A stretch of DNA of 64,000 bases from Chloroflexota bacterium (GCA_022574655.1 JACZRQ010000001.1:6214-70213), one strand, 5' to 3'. Positions 30,109 through 40,724 are shown, counted from the stretch's first letter. Numbers and translations: made by a program. Notes: a model not told the origin generated them from the sequence alone.

Positions 30109-31537
30109 GATCACTGGCTTCATGGAGTTCAAGCGGAGCCTGCCCTCCCGCCGGCCAATCGAAGAACGAGTCCACGACTGGCTCGAGGTTTACGAGGAGT
30201 TTCCGAAGGACCATCTCAAGAACCAGGCCGCGCGTTGCATGGACTGCGGCATCCCGTTCTGTCATGAGGGCTGCCCCCTGGGCAACATCATTCCGGACTG
30301 GAACGACCTTGTCTATAAGGACCAGTGGCAGGAAGCGATCGAGCGCCTCCACGCTACGAACAACTTCCCGGAGTTCACCGGGCGCCTCTGCCCCGCACCG
30401 TGCGAGGCGTCCTGTGTTCTTGGCATCAACGACGACCCAGTTGCGATCAAGCAAGTCGAGCTGGAGATCATCGAGTACGCTTGGGCGCACGGGTGGGTGA
30501 AACCTGAACCGCCGGAGCGTAAGACCGGTTTGAGCGTCGCCGTCGTCGGCTCCGGTCCCGCGGGTCTCGCCTGCGCGCAGCAGCTGGCCCGCGCCGGCCA
30601 TTCGGTCACCATCTTCGAGCGAGACGACCGGATCGGCGGTCTGCTCCGCTACGGGATACCCAGCTTCAAGATGGAGAAGCGCTTCATCGAGCGGCGGCTC
30701 GACCAGATGGAAGCAGAAGGCGTGATCTTCAGGCCAGAAGTCGACATCGGCAAGGACAAGGACGCCCGCTCCCTTCTCAACGAGTTCGACGCGACGTGTC
30801 TGACAGGAGGCGCAACTCAATCTCGCGACCTCGACGTACCCGGCCGCGAACTCAAGGGCGTATACGTTGCGATGGACTACTTGCCGCTCCAAAACAAGCG
30901 CAACGCCGGCGACGAGATCCTGGATGATCAGTTCATAAGCGCCGAGGGGAAGAAGGTCATCATCCTGGGCGGCGGCGACACTGGCGCCGACTGTCTGGGC
31001 ACCGTGCACAGACAAGGCGCCGAGTCGGTGATCCAGATGGAGATACTGACCCGCCCTCCCGACGATAGGGCTGACGATAATCCCTGGCCGACGTGGCCGA
31101 ACATCTACCGTGTCTCGGCGGCGCACGAAGAGGGGGGCGAGCGCGAGTACCAGATCTCGACGAAGAAGCTCACGGGTGAGAACGGGGTTCTCAAGAAGCT
31201 GCACGGCTGCAAGGTGGAGTTCGTCTCCGAGAACGGGAAGATGAACATGAAGGAGATCCCGGATACGGAGTTCGAGGAGGAGGTTGATCTCCTTCTGCTG
31301 GCGATGGGGTTCCTGGGTCCCGAGAACTACATGCTGGAACAGCTAGGCGTCGAGCTGACTGAACGCGGAAACGTTAAGGCCGACGCCGACAAGATGACGA
31401 GCATCCGTGGCGTGTTCGCCGCGGGCGACATGACCCGCGGCCAATCGCTCATTGTATGGGCGATCGCCGAGGGGCGCGACGCTGCACGGGGGATCGACAA
31501 GTTCCTCACCGGCGACACGATGCTGCCGGTCAACTAG
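30089..31537 (+). CDS. gltD: glutamate synthase small subunit (NADPH)
   Basis: 482 aa with the N-terminal 2x[4Fe-4S] Cys motifs and the FAD/NADPH motif [14 protein letters not shown]. It overlaps the gltB stop. Confidence 0.9.
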   Translation: MAWPVGKITGFMEFKRSLPSRRPIEERVHDWLEVYEEFPKDHLKNQAARCMDCGIPFCHEGCPLGNIIPDWNDLVYKDQWQEAIERLHATNNFPEFTGRLCPAPCEASCVLGINDDPVAIKQVELEIIEYAWAHGWVKPEPPERKTGLSVAVVGSGPAGLACAQQLARAGHSVTIFERDDRIGGLLRYGIPSFKMEKRFIERRLDQMEAEGVIFRPEVDIGKDKDARSLLNEFDATCLTGGATQSRDLDVPGRELKGVYVAMDYLPLQNKRNAGDEILDDQFISAEGKKVIILGGGDTGADCLGTVHRQGAESVIQMEILTRPPDDRADDNPWPTWPNIYRVSAAHEEGGEREYQISTKKLTGENGVLKKLHGCKVEFVSENGKMNMKEIPDTEFEEEVDLLLLAMGFLGPENYMLEQLGVELTERGNVKADADKMTSIRGVFAAGDMTRGQSLIVWAIAEGRDAARGIDKFLTGDTMLPVN

Positions 31538-31719
31538 AGAGTGGGCGAGGGCCGCCGACTGAAGTCAGCGGCTGAGGACATCGAGTTGCAGGATCGGCGG
31601 AGTGCGGCCTCGCGCTTGACCCTCGAACGGCCACGTCTGACAATCTGCCGTGTGCCGGAGCTGCCCATGCGAACGAACTGAAACCACGGTGATAACCCTC
31701 GTATCTTCGGAGGCACTGC

Positions 31720-33285
31720 GTGTCGGACAAAGTGAGCATCGAAATCATCCCGCAGATCCGTGAGGCCGTTCACGACCTCGTCGGATCGTACGTCAAGGGC
31801 AAGCGCTCCTGCCGCTACGCCGACATCCGCATCGAAGTCAGCGAGGGCAAGATGGCCGTCGCTGAGAACGGCATGGACAAGTTCAGCGGCGAGGACTACG
31901 GCTTCGAGTTCGGTGTGCGCGTGATCGCAGGCGAGCGCGTCGCCGCGCCGGGCTATTTCGGCGAGATCATCGGGGCAGCTGACCTCGGCCGACTCCAGGA
32001 CAACCTCCGTGAGGCGCTGGACCGCGCCTACGACCGTGCGATGGCGAACGCACGAGGGAAGGACAGCACGCGCAGCCGATTCACTGCGCTGGGTGACGCC
32101 CTGACGGACGTCACGCTGGCGCCGATCGACGTCCGCCAGGACACTACAGACGCGAAATACGAGATCGACCCGCGCGAAGTCCCCCTCGACGACGCTGTCG
32201 AGTACGTTCGAGACGTCTCGAAACGCGTCCAGGGGATCGACGACTCGGTGGCTTTCAACTTCATCTCGGCAAGCACGCAGCTAAGCCGGCAGCTCTTCGT
32301 CAGCTCCGAGGGCGCAAACATCCAGCAGTCCTGGGCGATCACCCAAGGTACCTGCTTCGTTATCGCCGCGACCGAGGAAGGCCATCAGGAGTTGTACGAC
32401 TTCACCGGTCACCTTCGCGGCTGGGAACAGATCATTCACGGCGCCGATGAAGAGTTCGTCAAGTTCCCCCACCTCATGGACTTCTCGCTCGAGCTGGCAC
32501 GAGATACGGTCACGCTTGCCGGTTGCGAGCAGCTCAAGGCGACGGACAAGGACGTGGTCGTCGTCACGGACCCACACTACAACGCGCTTCTTTGCCACGA
32601 GGTGATCGGCCACCCGACGGAGCTGGACCGCGCGCTCAAGTTCGAGACCGGATACGCCGGTCGCTCCTGGTTCCTGCGCAACCCCAAGGACAACCAGCTC
32701 GGCAAACGAGTCGGTTCCGACCTCGTCACGGCGTTCAGCGACCCGACGCTCGACTGCTTCGGTCACTACATGTACGACGACGAGGGCACCCCGGCGCGAC
32801 GTATCTATCACTTCGATAAAGGGATCTTCAACGGATTCACGAACAGCCGCCAGACGGCGGCCATCATGGACGCCGAGCCGAACGGCCACTACAAGGCGAC
32901 CGACGCCTCGTTCGTGCCGCTGATCCGCATGTCGAACACCGCCATCGCACCCGGCGACCGCGATCGCCACGACATCCTCAAGGAGGTCGACGACGGATAT
33001 TACGTCGTCGGGCACCGTATCCCGTCGATCGCCGAGTCGCGGGAGAACTTCCAGATCACGGCGATGAAGGTCTACGAGATCAAGAACGGCGAGATCGGCC
33101 AGCTATTCCGCGACGGTGGCCTGATGAGCGACAGCCGCGACTTCTTCATGAACATAGACGCCGTGGCAGACGACTTCCAGATGTTCGCTATCCCGAACTG
33201 CGGAAAGGGGCAGCCGATGCAGACGAAGCGCATGGGCAACGGCGGGCCGACGATGAGAAGCCGAGCGAGGTTGACGGGCGCGTAG
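31720..33285 (+). CDS. tldD: TldD family metallopeptidase (peptidase U62)
   Basis: 521 aa with an HEVIGH motif and TldD-like N- and C-terminal conserved blocks. Confidence 0.75.
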   Translation: MSDKVSIEIIPQIREAVHDLVGSYVKGKRSCRYADIRIEVSEGKMAVAENGMDKFSGEDYGFEFGVRVIAGERVAAPGYFGEIIGAADLGRLQDNLREALDRAYDRAMANARGKDSTRSRFTALGDALTDVTLAPIDVRQDTTDAKYEIDPREVPLDDAVEYVRDVSKRVQGIDDSVAFNFISASTQLSRQLFVSSEGANIQQSWAITQGTCFVIAATEEGHQELYDFTGHLRGWEQIIHGADEEFVKFPHLMDFSLELARDTVTLAGCEQLKATDKDVVVVTDPHYNALLCHEVIGHPTELDRALKFETGYAGRSWFLRNPKDNQLGKRVGSDLVTAFSDPTLDCFGHYMYDDEGTPARRIYHFDKGIFNGFTNSRQTAAIMDAEPNGHYKATDASFVPLIRMSNTAIAPGDRDRHDILKEVDDGYYVVGHRIPSIAESRENFQITAMKVYEIKNGEIGQLFRDGGLMSDSRDFFMNIDAVADDFQMFAIPNCGKGQPMQTKRMGNGGPTMRSRARLTGA

Positions 33286-33298
33286 CCTCGGTTCGACC

Positions 33299-35368
33299 AT
33301 GAACAACCTCTGGAAGGACAGTGACGCAGGCAAGACCGAACTCGATCAGGTCGTATACTTGTCGAACCTGGTTGGCCGCGATCCGACGCTTGTGCAGCCT
33401 GGCGGCGGTAACACGTCGGTCAAGCTTGACGAAGGCGACCTGTTCGGTGCGTCCGCGAGCGCTCTCGTGGTCAAGGGCAGCGGCACGGACCTGCGGACGA
33501 TCACCGCGGAGGGGTTCACGCATCTCTACAGTGACCGGCTCGCCGCGCTGCAGAACTTCGACTCGATGACCGACGAGGGGATGATGGAGTTCATGCAGGC
33601 CTGCATGCTCTTCCCCGGCCGAGACCCGTTGCCGAGCGTTGAAACGCCGCTCCATGCACTTCTCCCCGCCAAATTCATCGCGCACACCCACGACATCGCC
33701 ACGCTTTCGCTGACCGATACACCCAGCCCACGACAGCACGTTGCGTCGGCGCTTGGATCCGCAGTTGCGTTCCTTGAGTACGTGCGTCCGGGCTTCCCGC
33801 TGGCGAAGCGGCTGGCCCAGCTCTATGCTGACGGCCCGCCTGCCACAACCACCGGGCTGGTCATGGAGAAGCACGGCCTCACAGTCTGGGGCGACACGGC
33901 AAGGGAGTGCTACGAGAACCTAGTTGCGATCATCGATAAGGCCGAGGCGTTCGTAGCGGAGCGCTCGGAGGGGAAGGAAGTTTTCGGCCCGCAGACCGCG
34001 CCGACGCTCGACATCACGACGCGGCGTAAGCACGCCTCTACTTTGCTGCCGATCGTGCGTGGCGAGCTTTCGCGTGCTACGGGAAGTGGGAACTGGCACC
34101 CGGTTCTCGTGTTCACGGACGCGCCCGAGAACCTTGAGGAGATCGCGGGCGAGACGTTTGCCGCCGCAGCAGCCAAGGGCGTGATGACGCCGGAGCACAT
34201 CCTCCGCGCCGGCGTTCGTCCACTCGTTTTAGACCTCGACCTCGACTCCGATCCGACGAAGCTCAAAGATGACGTCCACAAGTCGGTCGCTTCGTTTTAC
34301 GGCGACTACATCGACTACGCGAAGACACACGAACAGAACAACCCGATCCCCGACTTCTTGAAGACGGTGGTGATCCCCGGACTCGGTATCATCAGCGCCG
34401 GGCGAGATCGCAGAAGCGCCACTGTCGCAGCCGACTGCTACCGCGCGACGCTTGACGCTATGGCCGGCGCCGAGGCGGTCGAGTCGTTCGAGTTTCTCTC
34501 GGACGCTGACGCCTGCGAGATGGAGTATTGGCCACTAGAACGGCGCAAGATCGAAGAGAAGGCGAAGTCTAGGCCCGAACTCGACGGTAAGGTCGCGGTA
34601 ATCGTCGGAGCCGCCAACGGCATCGGCCGAGCGACGGCGTTTCGATTCGCCGCCGAAGGGGCTCACGTGGCTCTCGGCGACATCGACTTCGACGGCGTCA
34701 CAGAGGTCGCCAACCGCATCAACAGCGAATCCTCTGAACGCGCATACGCGGTTCGGATGGACGCGTCGGACCCGAACGAGATCTCGTCGTCGTTCCACGA
34801 GGCTGTGATGCGGTTCGGCGGAATCGACGTTCTGTTCTACTCGGCTGGAATCGCGCCGGGGATGCATTCCGTCGTCGACGTGCCGAACTCGGAGGTGGAG
34901 CGACAATCCGCCATCCACTTCGAGGGCGCGGTCGCCGCAACCCGCGAAGCGGCAAAGGTGATGCTCGCCCAGGGGACCGGCGGACGGCTGATCTACAACG
35001 CATCGAAGGCCGCATTCGCGCCCGGACCCGGGGCCGCGGCGTACGGGGCGGCCAAAGCGGCGCTCGTCCACTACGCACGCAACGTCGCTGTCGAGCTGGG
35101 GCGGCACGGCATCACCGCCAACTACATCAACGCCGACGCGGTCGACACACGCTTGTTCCGAGAGCGGCTCGCAGAGCGTGCGCAGGAGACGGGCAAGACT
35201 GAGGAAGAGATGCTGCAGTACTACGCCGAGCGCAGTGTGCTTGGCAAGGCGGTGATCCCGCCAGAAGCCGTGGCGGAGGCCGCGGTCTTCCTTGCGTCCG
35301 ACCGATCTGCGTACACGACCGGTTGCGCTATCACGGTCGGCGGCGGGCATGAGGCGTTCCCGCGATAA
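33299..35368 (+). CDS. bifunctional class II aldolase / short-chain dehydrogenase (rhamnulose-1-phosphate aldolase/alcohol dehydrogenase-like)
   Basis: 689 aa. The N-terminus (LSNLVGRDPTLVQPGGGNTSVK) is a class II aldolase/adducin domain; the C-terminal part is an SDR with a Gly-rich NAD motif (VIVGAANGIGRA) and YxxxK. Confidence 0.8.
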   Translation: MNNLWKDSDAGKTELDQVVYLSNLVGRDPTLVQPGGGNTSVKLDEGDLFGASASALVVKGSGTDLRTITAEGFTHLYSDRLAALQNFDSMTDEGMMEFMQACMLFPGRDPLPSVETPLHALLPAKFIAHTHDIATLSLTDTPSPRQHVASALGSAVAFLEYVRPGFPLAKRLAQLYADGPPATTTGLVMEKHGLTVWGDTARECYENLVAIIDKAEAFVAERSEGKEVFGPQTAPTLDITTRRKHASTLLPIVRGELSRATGSGNWHPVLVFTDAPENLEEIAGETFAAAAAKGVMTPEHILRAGVRPLVLDLDLDSDPTKLKDDVHKSVASFYGDYIDYAKTHEQNNPIPDFLKTVVIPGLGIISAGRDRRSATVAADCYRATLDAMAGAEAVESFEFLSDADACEMEYWPLERRKIEEKAKSRPELDGKVAVIVGAANGIGRATAFRFAAEGAHVALGDIDFDGVTEVANRINSESSERAYAVRMDASDPNEISSSFHEAVMRFGGIDVLFYSAGIAPGMHSVVDVPNSEVERQSAIHFEGAVAATREAAKVMLAQGTGGRLIYNASKAAFAPGPGAAAYGAAKAALVHYARNVAVELGRHGITANYINADAVDTRLFRERLAERAQETGKTEEEMLQYYAERSVLGKAVIPPEAVAEAAVFLASDRSAYTTGCAITVGGGHEAFPR

Positions 35369-35401
35369 GATGCATTTGAACAGGAACGAAGGAGCCCCCG
35401 A

Positions 35402-36961
35402 GTGATCCCACTACAACACTTGCAGAAAGCGGCCGCTGACGGCCTCGCCTTCCTCCGTTCCCAGCAGGACATCGAAGAAGCGGAGGTCTTCGTATCGGCC
35501 AACGGCATCCTTCTCACGCGGCTGAACTACACGTCGCACATACCGTGCAACGGCGTCGAAGAGCCGAAGTCGGTCGTCAACTATGGCGTAGGCGTGCAAG
35601 TGGTGATCAAGGACTTGAACGGGTCAGGTCGTCGGATCGGCTTTGGATCAGAACCATCGGACATCAGCATCTCCGGTGTAAAATCGGCGCTCGATAAAGC
35701 GCGGAAAGGCGCATCCAACGATCCGGAGTTCGTGAGCCTTGCGCGGCCCACGGGGGAGAAGTCATCGATCCGGGGCTACCACGACCAAGCGATCATGGAC
35801 ATTACGGACCAAGACCTGGTGGACGCCGGCTGGGGCGTCATTGATGGCGCGTTACGAGTCTTCGAGACCTCGGAGACGCTGACGAGTATAGCCGGGAATC
35901 CGGATAATTTGAAGGAGCTAGGTCTTATCATCAGCGGCGACGTCAGCATTCTGCAAGAGCGCATGGCGATCGCCTCGACGACGATGCCGGAGGTGCAATC
36001 CGACGAGTCAACGATGGTGATGTCGTTCATCACGTCTATGGTCGAACGGGAGGACGCGAAAGGAAGCGGATACGGTGCTGCGACTGCCCTGAGCGGTTTC
36101 GATGAGGAGGCTGGCTGCGAGGCCGCGCGCAACGCGATCGCAGGCATCAGCGGCGTCCGGGTGCCAAGCGGCGAGTACAAGGTCGTCTTTGGACGCCAGG
36201 CGGTGATGGAGATCCTGCACTACATCCTGATGCCGGGGCTCAACACGAGCATGTTCTACGCCGCAGCCTCGCCGTTCATGGGCAAGCTGGGGCAACAGGT
36301 CGCATCGGAGAAGTTCAACCTTGTGGACGACGGCGGGGCTGCGGGGCTGGTCGGTTCCAAGTCGATCACCTGCGAAGGGCTGCCAACGGGGCGCACCGAG
36401 CTGATAAAGGACGGGCGGCTGGTCGGAATCCTCTCGAACCATTACGAGACCCAACGGCTGCTCGGCGACCCCGGCGCGAAGGAGAAGCTCGGCGTCGACC
36501 CGAAGGAGTGGGCTTCAGCGTTCGTGCCGCGCAACGGGTTCCGCTTCGCGCGTGGCGGCGGCCGTCACTTCGACGCGCAACCGGGCATCAACCCAACGAA
36601 CGTGATGGTACCCGGTGACATCGATTCGACCGAAGAGATATGCCGACTGGTCGGCGATGGGCTCTACATCGGCCGCATCTGGTACACGTATCCGGTCAAC
36701 GGCCTGCGCGCGGGCGACTTCACCGGCACTGTCGTTGCGGACTCTTATCTGATAAAGGACGGCAAGCTCGCGAAACCGATCAAAGCGAACACGCTGCGAA
36801 TCAACGAGAACATTCACCGCTTCCTCAACGGCGTGATCGGCGTCACGAAGGAAGGTAAGCCGACATTGGTATGGGCCGCCGATGAGATCGTCTACGCGCC
36901 TGAGATCGCCGTGGAGAACGTGCGGATCGACGCGATCGGCGAGTATATGGACACCATTTAG
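35402..36961 (+). CDS. TldD/PmbA family protein (PmbA/TldE-like partner)
   Basis: 519 aa of the U62 family, lacking a clear HExxxH motif and so more PmbA-like. It is a paralog of the tldD two genes upstream. Confidence 0.65.
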   Translation: MIPLQHLQKAAADGLAFLRSQQDIEEAEVFVSANGILLTRLNYTSHIPCNGVEEPKSVVNYGVGVQVVIKDLNGSGRRIGFGSEPSDISISGVKSALDKARKGASNDPEFVSLARPTGEKSSIRGYHDQAIMDITDQDLVDAGWGVIDGALRVFETSETLTSIAGNPDNLKELGLIISGDVSILQERMAIASTTMPEVQSDESTMVMSFITSMVEREDAKGSGYGAATALSGFDEEAGCEAARNAIAGISGVRVPSGEYKVVFGRQAVMEILHYILMPGLNTSMFYAAASPFMGKLGQQVASEKFNLVDDGGAAGLVGSKSITCEGLPTGRTELIKDGRLVGILSNHYETQRLLGDPGAKEKLGVDPKEWASAFVPRNGFRFARGGGRHFDAQPGINPTNVMVPGDIDSTEEICRLVGDGLYIGRIWYTYPVNGLRAGDFTGTVVADSYLIKDGKLAKPIKANTLRINENIHRFLNGVIGVTKEGKPTLVWAADEIVYAPEIAVENVRIDAIGEYMDTI

Positions 36962-36987
36962 CGTTAGACGACGTATAAGAGACTGAA

Positions 36988-37455
36988 ATGCTTACACGGC
37001 TGCTACCCATCGCTATCATGGCTTCGCTGCTGCTTGCCGCCTGCGGCGGTTCCAGCGGGCCGCAGGCCACGCCCCAACCGGTCGGGCGTGGCCCCGCCCT
37101 ACAAACGTTCCTCGGTCAGGCGTACGAGAGCGGCTGGTTCGCGGAGGGAGACCCGATCGACGTGAAGATCGTCGGGACGTTCTACGAGCCGGCGGCGGCG
37201 CGCGCAGCAGAGCTTGGGCTGGGCCTCTACGCCACGGCGCCAGGCACGCCACCGTACTCCGACGGTCTTCCGGGATTCCTGATAACGGCGATCGGCGATT
37301 TCTTCGACTACGACGGCGAAGGCCGCCCACCGGCTGACACGCCGCGACGCCCGGCCGTTGCCGCCGGTTATGTCGACACGCTCGGACGGTTCACGTGGGT
37401 GATGCGGTTCCTAGACTATGAGGAGGAGAGCGAAGGGCAGGCCGGCGGCGGCTAG
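36988..37455 (+). CDS. hypothetical lipoprotein
   Basis: A signal peptide with lipobox LLAAC is followed by a Pro/Gly-rich linker. No family recognised. Confidence 0.5.
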   Translation: MLTRLLPIAIMASLLLAACGGSSGPQATPQPVGRGPALQTFLGQAYESGWFAEGDPIDVKIVGTFYEPAAARAAELGLGLYATAPGTPPYSDGLPGFLITAIGDFFDYDGEGRPPADTPRRPAVAAGYVDTLGRFTWVMRFLDYEEESEGQAGGG

Positions 37456-38906
37456 ATGTCCGGCTGTGCTTCGGACTCCAGGCACAGATATTCGTTGATG
37501 GCCGCTCCGGCGCGCTTGGCGTCGGCTAGCGCGGTCACCACCAGGTCCGCTCCACGAACGTTGTCGCCGGCGGCGAAGACGCCGGAGCGGCTGGTCGTAC
37601 CGTCGCTGTTGACGGCGACGGTGCCCCACTCGGTCGCGCAAAGGCCGGGAGTTGTCTCGGTCAAGGTGGCGTCGACTTCGTAGCCGATAGCGACGACGAC
37701 GGTATCGGCCTCGATCTCGAACTCAGAACCGGCGATCGGCTCCGGGCGCCGGCGCCCAGACTCATCCTCATCGCCCAGTTGCATGCGCTGGAGCCGCACT
37801 GTACGGACCGACTCGTCGTCATCTCCCGACAGGATTTCGACGGGGTTGACGAGGAAGGCGAACTCGACGCCTTCCTCTTTTGCATGCCGGCGTTCCTCGA
37901 CACGGCCAATCATCTCGGACTCGTTTCGACGGTAAGCGCAGACGACTGTTTCGGCCCCGGTGCGGACCGCCGATCTGACGGAGTCCATCGCGGTATCACC
38001 ACCACCGATGACGACGACATGCTTACCAACTTCAAGCGGCTGCCTCATATGGGCCGGAAGCTCATCGGCTTCAAGATTCGTACGCACGAGAAACTCCGTT
38101 GCCGCGTAGACGCCTTCGAGCTGCTCGCCCGGGATTCCCATCCGCCTCGCTTTTCCGGCGCCGTGACCGAGAAAGATGGCATCGTAGCCGTCAGCGAAAA
38201 GTTGGTCAATCGGCACGTCCCGGCCGATGACCCGGTCGAACACAAACTGGACACCAAGGGAGTGGAGATAGTCGACCTGGTCGTCGATGTGGAGCTTGTC
38301 CATTTTGAAGGTAGGAATGCCGTATCGCAGGATGCCTCCTGGCCGCGGCCATGCCTCGAACACTTTCACACCGTGCCCACGCCTAGCGAGCGTCTCCGCC
38401 ACGGCCAGGCCCGCGGGTCCCGATCCGACGACAGCGACCCGTTTCCCCGTCGAAGGAGCCGATTCTGGAGCAGTCCTGCCACCGTGATCGCGCTCGTAGT
38501 CAGCCACAAACGCCTCGAGCCTACCGATGGCGACTGGAATCGCCTTCTTGCCGACGACGCAGCTACCTTCGCAGAGGCTCTCCTGGGGGCAGAGCCGCCC
38601 GCACATGTCCGGCGCCGGGTTCGTCTCGCGGAACACGGCCGCGGCGCCCAGCGCATCACCACTTTCGAGCTTGAGCAGCGCACCCGGTATGTCGTTGTCC
38701 ACCGGACAGGCCTTCTGACACGGCACGGCCGGACACTGGATGCAACGCATCGCTTCCAGTTTGGCGGTCTCGAGGTCGTAGCTTTCGTAAACCTCCAGCC
38801 AGTTGTGCACGCGCTGCTCCGGCCGCTGTTTTGGCGAGGGTTGGTACGGAATACGAAGCCGCGCCTTGCGGTCGATCGACTTCAGTTCGTTCGTATCTAT
38901 GACCAT
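37452..38906 (-). CDS. GltD-like FAD/NAD(P)-dependent oxidoreductase with N-terminal [4Fe-4S] motifs (orphan glutamate synthase small-chain homolog)
   Basis: Cys clusters CIQCPAVPCQKACP...CGRLCPQESLCEGSC are followed by the dinucleotide motif [14 protein letters not shown]. The probable start is MVIDTNEL at 38906; the ORF extends to 38960. Confidence 0.75.
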   Translation of the reverse strand: MVIDTNELKSIDRKARLRIPYQPSPKQRPEQRVHNWLEVYESYDLETAKLEAMRCIQCPAVPCQKACPVDNDIPGALLKLESGDALGAAAVFRETNPAPDMCGRLCPQESLCEGSCVVGKKAIPVAIGRLEAFVADYERDHGGRTAPESAPSTGKRVAVVGSGPAGLAVAETLARRGHGVKVFEAWPRPGGILRYGIPTFKMDKLHIDDQVDYLHSLGVQFVFDRVIGRDVPIDQLFADGYDAIFLGHGAGKARRMGIPGEQLEGVYAATEFLVRTNLEADELPAHMRQPLEVGKHVVVIGGGDTAMDSVRSAVRTGAETVVCAYRRNESEMIGRVEERRHAKEEGVEFAFLVNPVEILSGDDDESVRTVRLQRMQLGDEDESGRRRPEPIAGSEFEIEADTVVVAIGYEVDATLTETTPGLCATEWGTVAVNSDGTTSRSGVFAAGDNVRGADLVVTALADAKRAGAAINEYLCLESEAQPDI

Positions 38907-38998
38907 TCTGTTAGATATGACGACTCTGAGCCGGCGACTGATACCATCACAGGGCGGCAATTCTGGAGATACGACCGGCTAGCGTGAAGTTCGGGGGT

Positions 38999-39589
38999 TC
39001 AGTCGCTGTGAAGGCGTTTCTGGCGTTCGCGTTCCAGGCCGACTTGCTCGGCCGAGCGGCCGTAGATGTGCGGGACGTCCCACCCCTGGAGACCGGCGTA
39101 GGTATCAATCTGTGACCTATGGTGCACTTCGTGCTCAAGGCACATCATTAAGATCCGCCAACCGGACAGCGCCCGGTCGCTATCGATCATCTGGATCTTA
39201 CGAGTGAGCCAGTCGGAAGGAGTGCCGCTCAAACGCTCGACCACGAGGTTCGCGGACTGCTCCAAGCAGAGTACCCAGTCCTCCTGAGCCTCAGCCTCGT
39301 GAAGATCGTCCGAGAAGAACCAACCCTCATCACGATACGCTCTCGTGAAGTAGAGGCGAGCCCCGGCGATGTGCCTAACGATCTCACCGATACCCCAGGC
39401 CTTCTCGCCCTCACCCGTCTCAGGGAAATACGCCACGGCCTCGGGCGGAAGCGCCGAAACGTCACGAACTGTGCGCCGGTGAGCGCCCTCGAAGTAGTTG
39501 ATGTACGCGCTGATGTCGGTGAACACTGTGCCTCTAATCTTACAGCTACCGACAGCCGCACGAGGTCGGAAGCTAGCCAAGTAGCTCAA
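38999..39589 (-). CDS. DinB/YfiT-like (DinB_2) family protein
   Basis: 196 aa with a His-rich helix-bundle signature (EHEVHHRSQIDTYAG), typical of the DinB_2 / mycothiol-dependent enzyme superfamily. Confidence 0.55.
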   Translation of the reverse strand: MSYLASFRPRAAVGSCKIRGTVFTDISAYINYFEGAHRRTVRDVSALPPEAVAYFPETGEGEKAWGIGEIVRHIAGARLYFTRAYRDEGWFFSDDLHEAEAQEDWVLCLEQSANLVVERLSGTPSDWLTRKIQMIDSDRALSGWRILMMCLEHEVHHRSQIDTYAGLQGWDVPHIYGRSAEQVGLERERQKRLHSD

Positions 39590-39652
39590 GCGCTTGCCGA
39601 GGCTGTTAAGATGCGGTTTGACGGTCGGACCGCGACCGGATTAGACGAAAGA

Positions 39653-39817
39653 GATGCTCACTACAACCGGGCGAATTTTACTCATCTTCCTGGGTGGCCT
39701 TGTCGGCGTCGGTATCGGCTCGGCCGTCGCCATAACGGGCGACTTCACGTTCGCGCCCGGGATCGGTGCTGTGATCGGCGGAGCGTTCGCCTACGCGCTT
39801 ACACGACTCTGGATCTA
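39653..39817 (+). CDS. candidate small membrane protein (54 aa, glycine-zipper)
   Basis: An ATG..TAA ORF below the 60-aa ORF-track cutoff encodes MLTTTGRILLIFLGGLVGVGIGSAVAITGDFTFAPGIGAVIGGAFAYALTRLWI, two Gly-zipper hydrophobic segments. It sits in the gap between the DinB gene and znuB. Confidence 0.3.
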
Positions 39818-39845
39818 ACGCTGGGCCGCAGTCTGCAATCTCAGC

Positions 39846-40724
39846 CTATGAATCGGGCACTTCCACAGGCGTCTCTTGCGCCCACTGAGTTTGCCGGAGG
39901 AGGCCCGTGCTGGGAGAGAACAAGAAAGCCAGCACGAACATCGCCGTTGCCGTCAACACGATCGACGCGCTTGCGGAGACGTCCGCATACCACGCCGCGT
40001 AGAGACCGATGACCGCTGAAGCGATCCCGAACACCGCTCCCAGACCCATCATCGCCGGAAGACGCCGTGTCAGGAGCTGCGCCGTGGCCGCTGGCGCGAC
40101 AAGCATCGCCAGGACGAGTACTATCCCCATCACCTGCAGAGCAATGACGACAGTGATCGCGATCAGGAACAGAAGACCGTACTGCGCCGCATTCACCGGT
40201 ATTCCAGACGCTGCCGCCATCGACGGATCGTAGGCGGTGAAGAGCAGTTCCTTGTAGAAGAGCGCCACGATGGTTAGCACGAACGCCCCGAGACCAGCGG
40301 TGATCCACACGTCTGTCCAACTAACGCTAAGCACGTTCCCAAAGACAAAGCTGAACAGGTCGACGACGTAGCCTTCTTCGCGACTGATGATCAGGATTCC
40401 CAAGGCGAAACCGGCGATGAACATGATGCCAATCGCTGTGTCGTAGCGAACTACTCCTCGTTTGCCAATGAATCCGATCGCGAAGGCAACAAGAATCGCT
40501 GCGACGGCGGCACCAAGCTGCAGATTCGCGCCGATGACGAAGGCGACGGCAACGCCTCCGAAGCTGGCGTGCGGTAGCGCATCACCGATGAAGGCCATCC
40601 CCTTGAGGATCATAAAGCTGCCAACCACGGCTGACACGACGCCGATGATGACGGCGACGATCAGTGCACGCTGCATGAACTCGAACGTCCATGGCTCTCG
40701 TAGCGTATCGATGATCTCGGTCAC
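39846..40724 (-). CDS. znuB: metal (Zn/Mn) ABC transporter permease, ABC-3 family
   Basis: 292 aa with about 8 TM helices and the ZnuB/MntB-type sequence. It overlaps the znuC stop. Confidence 0.8.
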   Translation of the reverse strand: MTEIIDTLREPWTFEFMQRALIVAVIIGVVSAVVGSFMILKGMAFIGDALPHASFGGVAVAFVIGANLQLGAAVAAILVAFAIGFIGKRGVVRYDTAIGIMFIAGFALGILIISREEGYVVDLFSFVFGNVLSVSWTDVWITAGLGAFVLTIVALFYKELLFTAYDPSMAAASGIPVNAAQYGLLFLIAITVVIALQVMGIVLVLAMLVAPAATAQLLTRRLPAMMGLGAVFGIASAVIGLYAAWYADVSASASIVLTATAMFVLAFLFSPSTGLLRQTQWAQETPVEVPDS

